Source of the DNA: Girardia tigrina
Taxonomy: Eukaryota
NCBI GenBank assembly: GCA_001938485.1
Contig: MQRK01167267.1
Span: 38,647 to 102,061, forward strand
Direction of reading: 5' to 3'
DNA length: 63,415 bases
Shown: positions 53,198-63,415 of the stretch, piece after piece
Numbering within the stretch: the first letter of the stretch is position 1
Layout of the letters: every line of letters begins with the position of its first letter
Program-made: the position numbers and the translations under genes
Notes under the pieces: generated by a model
What the model was told of the DNA's origin: nothing
The model's database searches: none
Seen by the model: the letters and a program-made list of their open reading frames with translations, nothing else

Positions 53198-53744
53198 GGG
53201 AGCATCCATTAAGGACGTCCCCTTCTAAGGCGGGGAGGGGGTCACCACAAGGGGGACATTTGGGAACAATAGGGAGGGGAGTCCAATTGTTAAGGAGACA
53301 TCCCCCAGCAGTGCCTTTCATTAAAATCTAAAGTTAAATTTCAGCTATCGTTTATCTTGTCATTTTTGTAAGATTTTTTGTTAGAGATTGAAGTAATACT
53401 CAAAACCCCTGTTATCTGAATTCTATTTTCCCAATTCTTTTATAATAATCAAGTCATTTATTTTTTCTTTAGGAATTATGTACATTTTCGTTATTTTAAC
53501 AGTATTTGATTTTTTTATTCTATTTTTTAATGTGACTTACATTACAGCCAAAATAAAATTATATACAAGCTAATCTTTAAAGCTAGAAATTCAATGTTCT
53601 ATTAATTCTTCTGAATATAAGGGAAATCTGTTTTCGGGGGATGTCCCCCGGGGGGAGTCTCATAAAAAGGGATATAAAGAGACAAGAGGGGGGAGGGGTC
53701 AAAATATGCTTATTTTTTATAGGACGTCCTTAATGGATGCTCCC
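53198..53744. mobile_element. PIF/Harbinger-type MITE
   Basis: Perfect 23-bp TIR GGGAGCATCCATTAAGGACGTCC, TAA TSD and G-rich subterminal motifs. Confidence 0.92.
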
Positions 53745-53817
53745 TAATTACAATAGTTATATTATTCCATGTGTCAACAAAGACAAAATAATAAACTCAA
53801 GAAAAGAAAATTAAATA

Positions 53818-54387
53818 ACGGATAACATGAAATAGTAGGACACCTACTATTTTAATAGTAGGTGGAAAAAAAATTGAAAAGGCGCCCAATATTGGTTTAT
53901 ACCTACTATTTGGTGCTTTTGTTTTGAACTTNNNNNNNNNNNNNNNNNNNNNNNNNNNNNNNNNNNNNNNNNNNNNNNNNNNNNNNNNNNNNNNNNNNNN
54001 NNNNNNNNNNNNNNNNNNNNNNNNNNNNNNNNNNNNNNNNNNNNNNNNNNNNNNNNNNNNNNNNNNNNNNNNNNNNNNNNNNNNNNCGTTCACCATACAC
54101 ATCATGTTTCGAAATATGCCATTCTAAACAATTGGCAGAAAAGCCTGCTGCATTAATCGACCTTCGAATGTTATTAATTGACAATTCATCCCATGCGCGA
54201 CTGACACATTTTTTAATTTTTATAAAGTTCTTTTTTCATTTTTAAAAATATTTTTTTTATAAATTGCTTTAAAAACGATACACATACTATTTGATTCCAC
54301 CTATTATTTTAATAGTAGGTGGAAAATTTTTTGAAAACTTCATTACACCTACTATTTCATGTCCACCTACTATTTGATGTTATCCGT
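53818..54387 (-). mobile_element. pogo-like deleted element (gap inside)
   Basis: TIR ACGGATAACAT.AAATAGTAGG with TA flanks and repeated CACCTACTATT motifs. Minus strand CVSRAWDELSINNIRRSINAAG is DDE_1 C-terminal-like. Confidence 0.75.
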
Positions 54388-54949
54388 TAGTTTAGTATTA
54401 AATTCCAAAATTGTATTTTTTTATTCATTACTATAACAATATTTATAAACCAAATTACTTATATCTATTTATGTGTTATATATAAAATATATAAAGGATT
54501 TTGAACGTCCAAAAACTAATGAGATTGTTTAAATTAATCAATGTAATAAATATGATCTTTTTGAATTGTGTTTATTTTAGAGGAGATAGGCACCACCTGG
54601 TTCCTTGCCTACTGAGACACTCAAAAAAATGCAAAATCAAGCTATATACTTGTACATAATTGAGCGCACCCACGGCCCAACGGCTACGGTTCCAAAAAAA
54701 TATTTTAGGAAGTTTCTTCACAAAAGTAGGCCTCGTCTTTTATTATTTTGGTAATTCGACCTAGATGATTGGAAAAATAATTGAATATCGCATTAAAGTC
54801 TGACATTTTATCTGACTGCTGAAAATTAATTCATTTGTTATTATCAAAATTTTTTGATACTCTAATAACATTGCATAAAATAGGTTGATTTTGTTGAATT
54901 TTAAAATTTGGTTTCAAGTGAATGGAAACATTCCAGGGAGATATTCTGG

Positions 54950-55238
54950 TCGTCTGTATCCAAAACCACAGTAAACACTTGCTCCTAAATCACAAATGTC
55001 TCATTTTTGAGTTTTTGCTACAAATTTTGCACATACTCATTCCATAGCTCAATCTCTTGGTTTGCTCTCTTTTCGATTAGTTTTGAAGTCACACATGACG
55101 AGTTGAAAATATTCACGAGAAAGGCGGAAAAGAGAGCGAGTGAGAGATTGAGTGTATGAAAGATTTGCAGTATAAACTCGGCAATTAGATATTATTTACT
55201 TACGAGCAAGTGCTTATTGTGGTTTTGGAACAAAATAC
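54950..55238. mobile_element. imperfect foldback MITE
   Basis: TCCAAAACCACAGTAAACACTTGCTC pairs with GAGCAAGTGCTTATTGTGGTTTTGGA; the palindromy continues inward. Confidence 0.65.
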
Positions 55239-55756
55239 CGCAAGGTTTTTAAAAAAAATTTTAATATTACTCTAAATGAAAGTAAAGAGCGGACATCGCT
55301 CTCAACAGATTGTGGATTTGAATAAAAGTTAATTGAGAATTCATCTTGAAATTTCTGGATTTTGGCTAACAATGAAAGCTCAAAAAACACATAGAATATT
55401 ATAATTCTTTTCTGTTTCATGTCAATGAGAGACAGAATTTTCATTTTTGGGTTTTACCAAAATAGTTACATGAAAGACCATGAAATGTATGAGGAAAAAT
55501 GCTAGTGGCCTATTCATTTATTCATCCAAATATGTTTAAAATATTCAAAGAATACTGTAATTAATTCATTTCTTCACAAGACTTACTTTAATTATATTAG
55601 TATTTTTATTCGAAGCGGGACATTTAAAATGCCTGGGCGTTTGGACGTAGATGTTATTATATTTTTATATGAGGCTGATAGTTTAATTAATAATCATTTA
55701 ATTTTATTTTTTTTGAAAATCGTATTTTTGCTTTTATTTCACAACATTCTATATTA

Positions 55757-55994
55757 TTGGGTTGAGGAAAAAGTTCCCGCCGTTTTTTGAAAAATAAAAT
55801 TTTTATTTTTTAACAAAAAAGTTACTACAAATTAATCACAAATATAATCTTCGCCATTGTTCACGACTTCTTCCCATCGTTCAACGAGTTTTTCAATGCC
55901 TCTTTGGTAGAAATCGCCCATATCAAAAAATTTGATTTAAATATTAAATTGATTAAAAATTCAAAAAACGGCGGGAACTTATTCCTCAACCTAT
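55757..55994 (-). mobile_element. mariner-derived MITE
   Basis: ~32-bp TIR TTGGGTTGAGGAAAAAGTTCCCGCCGTTTTTTGA with TA flanks; internal GDFYQRGIEKLVERWEEVVNNGEDYI. Confidence 0.9.
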
Positions 55995-56225
55995 TATATA
56001 TTTATTCGTTATTTTTGTTTAATATCAATTTGCTGAAGTTGGTTTTCAATCGTTTTGTTTAGAGGTATTTCTTTCGAAATTTTCATTTACTGTTGATAAT
56101 TATGAAATGCAATTAATGAAAATATTAATATTGTTGTTTTAATATCCACATTTGAGTGGGTGAATTAAATAAAAAATTGAAAACACGTTTATCCTTTCAT
56201 CACAAGCTATCACTGCATTTTTGCT

Positions 56226-57500
56226 ATGAATCAGATAAAATTTACATACGCCGTCAGATATTTCGATGGACGTAGAGAAATCGCTGTGTGGTGCCACAAG
56301 TTTGAGGCTGCAGTAACGGTTTCCGACTTTGATATTATTTTAGCGTTGCCAATGGTCCTTCATGGTCGAGCATTCGAATTATTTTTGGGAATACCAAGTG
56401 ACGAGTAAACATTTTCCGACGCGGTGAAGAGTTCGATGGTTGAAGCTTACGTACCTGACCTACAAGAAGCATATGATTCATTCAGATCGAAAAACCTCAA
56501 ACCGTGGAAATCTGTAGAGAAGTTCACGTCAGTGCTGCAGTGTTTAGAGCAATTTTCGTTATTTGCTTTTATCGTAGGACTGCTAGAGGAAATATCAAAG
56601 AAACAACACTTTGAAGCCCAGATCGAAATAACCCCTCTACAGGAATTTATAATGGTGACGCCGTTGTTAATACGAGTCAGTAAAAGGTATACAAGTGCAG
56701 CAGATCCTTAAATCTGAATAGTAATGGTAACAGCAGTGAAATTCAAGAGCAGTGCCAATCAGATTTGGTTTTTCAAATGAAATTGACAAGGTCACTTGCA
56801 ACTAGACGAAAGGCTTGCACCTAATTGTGCTTAATTAGCAGGGCATATAATCACTTCTGCTTTAACTGTCCGCACCGTTGTCAAACTGCAGGTAATGATC
56901 AACAGATCCTCATAATTGTGAATATGGATGCACAGCTTCCTGTAGTCAAAATTCTGGGGGGTGAATTACTTGTGGACAACTTATGTTCTACAACGATAAT
57001 AGAGCATCGACTTGTGTAGTCAAGTTACATTCAGTTAGTATTCGAGACATTATATATCGACCTTCGCCTAGTGGTGGTAAATCAAAGGGTATGGCTATAA
57101 TTCTAAATAGCTGTAGGTAGTGGAATGTTTTGTTCTACGTACTAAGAGTTTTAAGCAAATTAGTGTTTACATAATTCGGGGCATGAATGCGATTCCAATT
57201 CTGGGAGAGTTCTAAATCGGTGCCACTGATGAGGAGCCAATTATTTGAGGGGGCACAGCAAGTAAGCTCCCTCAAAACTGAAAAAAATGTAGAAACATTC
57301 TGAGATAACCTACAGTGCCCTATATTGGCCGCACTGTCGAGTAATATCATGGACTCAATGGAGAAGTAAACATCTCCAATGCGTAGCAGAGTACTGAAGT
57401 AAACTTTGGTAGAGCGCGTGAACTTCAAGTAAATGTCAAACTTCAGATTCAGAAAGCGCGAACATACATAGTTTAGTATGAGGGCCCTCAACCGCCAAAA
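56226..57500 (+). mobile_element. decayed Gypsy-like gag/protease remnant
   Basis: FDGRREIAVWCHKFE..ALPMVLHGRAF, SVEKFTSVLQ, AFIVGL and LLVDNLCSTTII (protease-like); many stops. Confidence 0.65.
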
Positions 57501-59481
57501 TTGCTCATCATGGTAATAGTATAGGAGACAAAGTTCAAAAGCTACTCGATTACCAGGAACTCAAAAAGTTAATTTTATAGAAAAATCACCGAGAAAATCA
57601 ATTTGTTTTGGACTTATTTTTCAAGGAACACTTATTTTACAATTACTGGGACAGTTTGTGAATCAAGGCTTTGTTTAGGATAGCAATAAACGTTTTTCGA
57701 ATAATAATTCTAAAATATAATGTTAATAGCTGTTAAACAAATATCAATCGATCTATTGATGACGATAGACCATTAACAAAAAGTTGTTTTATTTATACCA
57801 AACTTATATATCAAACATATATATGTTATATATTATGTTTTCTGGGTAATCTTTTGATAACCCAACCAATAATACACATTATTTACATATCTTTATATAT
57901 ACATTAGCAGTCTTATCCGAATCAGACGGCGTTTTATTGTTCTAAGATGTTCCCTTATAATTGTCGCCTGTATTTACCCAAGGTGACAGCCTTTTTTTGG
58001 ACTGATATGGGTTGGTGATGGCGACTTAATGATCAGGCAAAATAATTAATTTGAATAATATTTTCACCTGAGAGGTCCCGGTCCTCGACATGACCCATAA
58101 AGCTGTTTTGATCGCCATGTCGATCGTTCAAACACCAGCATAAAACAAATTGTCCCAAAAAAACAAATGGAAAGGTCGATAGAAACTTTTATTTCTGTCA
58201 TGAATTGTTTATTTACCCCAATACTTTTTGAATTGAGTTCCAAATTTTACAAAACATTTTGTACGATAAAACACAACTTGTGGTTGTTTGAATATAAAAA
58301 AAATGTTTTTTGACAATATCACACGAAATTTTAATTGATAAAAAATTATTTTGATTTTTGTAATTTTTGCTAATTTGTTTTTTATTCGAATTTATTTACA
58401 ATGTTGTGGAAATTGATGTACTCAAAAAGCAGCAAGCAAATAAACCAGCGATAAACAATTCAAAATAAAAAATACAAAAGAACCATTAAAAGTTTCTGGG
58501 ACATCAAAAATAATTGATTGTCTTTTGGCAAGGAAAAAGAGAGAGGCATTTTGAATATAAGCATATGAATAATAATAATTTCCAAAAGTTAAATAAGAAT
58601 TTAATTTAAATTTCCGAACCGACATGTATAACACAAGAGAAGAATTTGTTACTGAATAATATCAATTTTCTTTAAAAAAAATTTTGATCAAGTATTGAAT
58701 TTCTCAAAAATAGAAAAAAACATTAATTTTAAGTAATTATATTACAATTTCCCAAAGACCCATTTTCGAAGAAACGATTATTTCTGTTTTTTGATCTCCA
58801 GTTAACTGAGTTGTTTTTCAAAAAGAATAATTATGAATAAAAATTAAAAAAATAAATAAAAATAAGAAAATTATAAATGAAATATAAATACTTAAAACAG
58901 TTATTAAAGCTTTTCAAAGTTATATTACATTTAAAAAAATATTTCAAATAAATAATTACAGTTCAAATCAAATTTCTTTAATAATTTAAGTATTTTTCTG
59001 TAGAATTTTGAATAAATGATTGACAATTTTTAATAATTATCTTATTCAAAACCAAATTTAACTTTTATTTTCGGTGGATTCAAAGACGAATAAATATAAT
59101 TGAAAAAAATTGTATTTATATTCATTTGTTTGAAAAAAATAAATAAAATATTATTATATTTTAAAATAGCTATGAGGTAATAATAATAATTATCGTAATA
59201 GTAATAAATTATTACTACTACTACTAATAATAATAATCATTTTATTCAAACTATGAAGAGTTAATAAAATTTTCACTTCGCCAAAATAAGTTATTATTTT
59301 TTTCAAATCTGAAAATTTTATAAAATTAAATAAATAAAAAAATTATAAAATTAAACAAAGTTAAAACAAACAAAAATAAATTATTACATAAAACCAAAAA
59401 TGTTAACATTCATAACAATCGATATTTTAATAATAAAAGTTTTGAAAGAAGAATTTTAAAATAAATAATAAACTGATTACA

Positions 59482-60030
59482 TTGTTTCGTGTTTTATGTT
59501 GTCAATTTACGATCATTTACAAACTATCCGGGCGATGACGAATTGGAAGATAATTTTAGAGTGCGTGGAAAAACTTGGTGGCGAGGCTTCATGGGACTTG
59601 TAGAACGAACGATTTGGGATGATCACGGAGATGCAGCAAGTGAAAGATGTATTGTTATTATTTCCGATCGTATTTAGTGGATCTGCGTTGAAAAAAATGC
59701 AACTGAGAAGTTCGGTGAAAGTGTTTCAAGTAATGGATGCGGTTTATTAAATGACTTTCCGAGATGTGTATCTTAGGATAAAAAATATTCAATCGTCGGA
59801 ATTTGACACAGTAGGCGAATACGCCGCCGATGTCTCGAGATTGTCGAAGAATGTTGGCAATCTGCAAATTGTAGCATTTTTTGTTGGATTACCACCCGAA
59901 ATAGAACTAGAAATTGAAAGAAGGAGCGTCCATCAATTGGACTAAATCGTAGAGATTATTCGTAACTATATAAACATTAATAACAATGTAAATTTTGTTT
60001 CGTGTTGATTTTTCTTGTCAATTTACGATC
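59482..60030 (+). mobile_element. short gag-like remnant bounded by ~33-bp direct repeats
   Basis: NIQSSEFDTVGEYAADVSRL..AFFVGLPPEI; TTGTTTCGTGTT..TTGTCAATTTACGATC at 59482-59514 and 59995-60030. Confidence 0.55.
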
Positions 60031-60469
60031 CGTTACATACAATTTAAATATTTTTAAGAAATAATTTTTTTAAAATAAAATGCTTGTGGTAATTTAAAAT
60101 TTAATAGTTCTGTGATAAAAGATAAGACATGAATTTTATTTATAATTTAAAAATAAATTTTATAATTGTGAGGAATATTTTTGAATGGTCTTTATTATAT
60201 GTTGTTTGGTATGTTGTTTTAGGATTGTGTTTCTCCCACCCAGATGGAAGATTGATATCTTAAATATTTTAAAACGTCGGGTTGTTTAAAAAAAATTTAA
60301 ATAATCACTTTAAAATTAAACTAATATTTCATAAATAATATTTTAATAATAATTTCTTAAAATAAATAAAAAATATTTTAAATTTCAATTATAAATAATT
60401 TTTATAATAATTAAATTATAATTTAAAGTAAAAATTATTTTTGTAATGATTAAATTGTATTTTAAATTT

Positions 60470-60860
60470 GTTTGAATAATAAGACGTTCAAGAATATTAT
60501 TAAAGATTATCAATCAAGAGCGATGACGAGCTACGCAAGTTTTACGGAGAATTGTTGTATTGACAATTCAAATTGTGATAATAATAAATATAAGAAGAAC
60601 TGTTTGAATAGTAAAGTTGATGTAAGTAATTTTAAGATTTTGTGTTCACAATTTGATAATTACTGGGAGAGGGTGATCTTTTGATCCTTAAATCAATGTC
60701 CAAACACCATCCTCTTTGACTTTATTGGAAGTACTTTCATGATTTAAATGACATAATGATTACATAAACATTGCTTTGATATATAAACGCGAGTATATAG
60801 ACTGTTAATTCAGTCTGATGATGACGGTTGATCCGTCGAAATTAACCACAATATATTTTG
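60470..60860 (+). mobile_element. probable Penelope-like 3' end (GIY-YIG tail plus hammerhead)
   Basis: SNFKILC....WERVIF*SL resembles PLE endonuclease C-termini; a hammerhead motif follows. Confidence 0.55.
60811..60851 (+). ncRNA. minimal hammerhead ribozyme motif (cleavage-site variant)
   Basis: GT-CTGATGA-T-GACGG ttgat CCGTC-GAAA-TTAA-CC-AC; core and stem II are perfect, but the UH site reads CC. Confidence 0.7.
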
Positions 60861-61002
60861 ACGAAAATTTTTTGACTTTTAAAAATTTATAAAACAAAAG
60901 ATATTTAACATTTTTGTTAAAAAACGAAATTATAAAAATATTCATATTACAAAAAAGAAAGTATTTGAAAATTCAAAGTACAAAATAGTAATGTTATCAG
61001 AA

Positions 61003-61249
61003 CATTGGCAGCTATCAATTGCCATTTGAGAAAACGATATATTTTCTCTATCATTCCGTACTTTTTTGAATTTGATGGGAAGGCTAAAATTGAGTTGATT
61101 GTATTGAGTGTGAGAAGTTTCATCTCAAAGATTAGCTTTTGGTGTGCTGTTAGTTGTCATCTTTATCATATGTCTCCGTTACCTTGTAAAGTACGGAACG
61201 ATAGAGAAAATATATCGTTTTCTCAAATGGCAATTGATAGCTGCCAATG
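61003..61249. mobile_element. MITE with ~60-bp near-perfect TIRs
   Basis: CATTGGCAGCTATCAATTGCCATTTGAGAAAACGATATATTTTCTCTATC and its reverse complement; no TSD found. Confidence 0.8.
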
Positions 61250-61931
61250 GTTGGTTTGCGAAAATGAGATTGATTGCATTTAGTGAATTTTTCTTATTTT
61301 TAAGGAAAAGTGAAATAAAGTTATTTTCATCCAATAATTTATTGGATAAATTTTATTTATTTTCGGCAAGTTTCCATATAGTGTACCTGCTTGGTACATT
61401 TTGTGACCTGATGATGNNNNNNNNNNNNNNNNNNNNNNNNNNNNNNNNNNNNNNNNNNNNNNNNNNNNNNNNNNNNNNNNNNNNNNNNNNNNNNNNNNNN
61501 NNNNNNNNNNNNNNNNNNNNNNNNNNNNNNNNNNNNNNNNNNNNNNNNNNNNNNNNNNNNNNNNNNNNNNNNNNNNNNNNNNNNNNNNNNNNNNNNNNNN
61601 NNNNNNNNNNNNNNNNNNNNNNNNNNNNNNNNNNNNNNNNNNNNNNNNNNNNNNNNNNNNNNNNNNNNNNNNNNNNNNNNNNNNNNNNNNNNNNNNNNNN
61701 NNNNNNNNNNNNNNNNNNNNNNNNNNNNNNNNNNNNNNNNNNNNNNNNNNNNNNNNNNNNNNNNNNNNNNNNNNNNNNNNNNNNNNNNNNNNNNNNNNNN
61801 NNNNNNNNNNNNNNNNNNNNNNNNNNNNNNNNNNNNNTAAAACATATTTCGACCAAATCACAGCCTATTAGTATTGCTAAAAGTGTGAAATATTTTGAGT
61901 ATTAACTTTTTTCTGACATCCATAGATAAAA

Positions 61932-63415
61932 ATGGTTAGACATAAAAGAAAGAAGTCGTCTGGTTATTTCTACGGAAAGCAAAAAGAAAAACGAAGAGAA
62001 GAGGATGAACAAATGTCTGGATCTTTAAGCAATTTTTTTATTAACACCAAAAGCAAGCCAACAACAACTATGAGAGATCCTTGTGATGTTAGTGTTTGTG
62101 ATGAAATCCATGAAATTCAAGATGCAACAACAAGTTCAAACTTGGAAGTGGAAAATGAGCTGAAAGGTGAAAAATCTGAATTGGGAGATGAAGCAAATTT
62201 ATCTACGACTTCGCAAATTGCATTGCCAGAAGAACAGAATTTTCAAACTTTACCAACTACAGACCTGACAGATCCTGCCAATTGGCCTGATCGAATTCTA
62301 GATGATCTTCGAGTGACTCTTGTTAAAAATGGTCCATCAGCACCTAATCCATCTTTTCTATTTCCTGTCAATGCCAACAACAGAAAATTTAATCCTTCAT
62401 GCACGCAAAAAGTACTCAAGAATGGTGAAGTTGTTAAAAGATCCTGGCTTATATATTCTAAAAGAAAAGATGTTGTGTTTTGTTTCTCATGTAAGTTGTT
62501 TGGTGACATGGACATAGATTTGAAGACAATCGGTTTTGGAGACTGGAAAAATTTGCACAGAAAGCTGAAGGAACATGAAACTTCTAAAAATCACATCTGT
62601 TCATTAAGCAAATGGATGGAATTAGCAAACCGACTAGATACCAACAAAACAATTGATGCATCACAACAACGACTTCTCAGTGCAGAGATACAGCGTTGGC
62701 AGTTAGTTCTGGAAAGATTATTTGCAATTGTGATATTTTTAGGAGAACAATGTCTTGCCTTTCGTGGAAATTCAGATGTCTTACATGAGAAAAGTAATGG
62801 AAATTTCCTGAAACTAGTTGAACTGCTAGCACAGTTTGATGCAGTTATGGCAGATCATGTTCAACGAATAAAAAATAAGGAGATTGACACCCATTACTTG
62901 GGGAAAAATATACAAAATGAACTCATTCAAATAATTGCAAAACGAATTCGTGAAGAAATTTTGTCAAAACTGAAAATGGCAAAATATTTTTCCATTATAG
63001 TGGATTGTACCCACGATGTGAGTAAAGTGGAACAAATGTCACTGTGCTACGTTTTGTTTAGATGGAAAATGCTGAAGTTAAAGTCTGTGAACATTTCATC
63101 GATTTCATACCTGCAGAGCAGACAACTGGTGCAGCACTCACAGATGTTATTCTACAAATGTTGACTCAAACTGGGATTCCAATTGAAGATATGCGTGCTC
63201 AGGGCTACGACAACGGTGCCAATATGAGAGGAAATCAGTCAGGAGTGCAGAAAAGAATATTGGAAAAGAACAGCAGAGCCTTCTTTGTACCATGTCAAAT
63301 TTGGTCGTTAATGATGCTGCAAAATCATCTAGAGAAGCTGTGGCTTATTTTGGAATGGTGCAAGCCATTTATAACTTTCTGAGTGGATCATCTCGTAGAT
63401 GGACAGTTTTGAAAA
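61932..63415 (+). pseudogene. hAT transposase of ZMYM1-like type (TTF zinc finger plus DUF4371), frameshifted, runs off the window
   Basis: RSWLIYS..VFCFSCKLF, GFGDWKN..EHETSKNH, LAFRG, GNFLKLVELL, YFSIIVDCT.DVSKVEQMS and QGYDNGANMRG; frameshifts near 63050 and 63295. Confidence 0.92.

Noticed and set aside
57220-57280. CTGATGA followed by a GGAGC/GCTCC stem
   Set aside because: No GAAA or UH in the right place, and it lies in a Gypsy remnant; not a hammerhead.
62243-62517. Antisense and alternate-frame ORFs in the hAT and Gypsy regions
   Set aside because: Shadow ORFs of the real transposase and pol frames.

Overview
Very AT-rich eukaryotic (metazoan-like; planarian/cnidarian-type composition, species not determinable) genomic window that is almost entirely a nested transposable-element graveyard, with several assembly gaps, some next to (TA)n tracts. 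Recognisable parts: several mariner (DD34D) and Tc1/ITmD37E copies, piggyBac, MULE, hAT, PIF/Harbinger and pogo derivatives and MITEs, four to five decayed Ty3/Gypsy remnants, a family of AT-rich solo-LTR-like insertions with clean TSDs, an RTE LINE tail, and Penelope-like elements (PLEs). The most notable non-coding signals are three minimal type-I hammerhead ribozyme motifs, two of them at PLE 3' ends, and two unexplained families of GC-rich dispersed modules. One of those families shows hairpin covariation, and one copy lies inside a MULE. Also notable are GATC-bounded insertions without a standard TSD and one candidate host terminal exon (11594-11780). No intact host gene, rRNA, tRNA or CRISPR array is supportable. 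All alignments and folds were done by eye.
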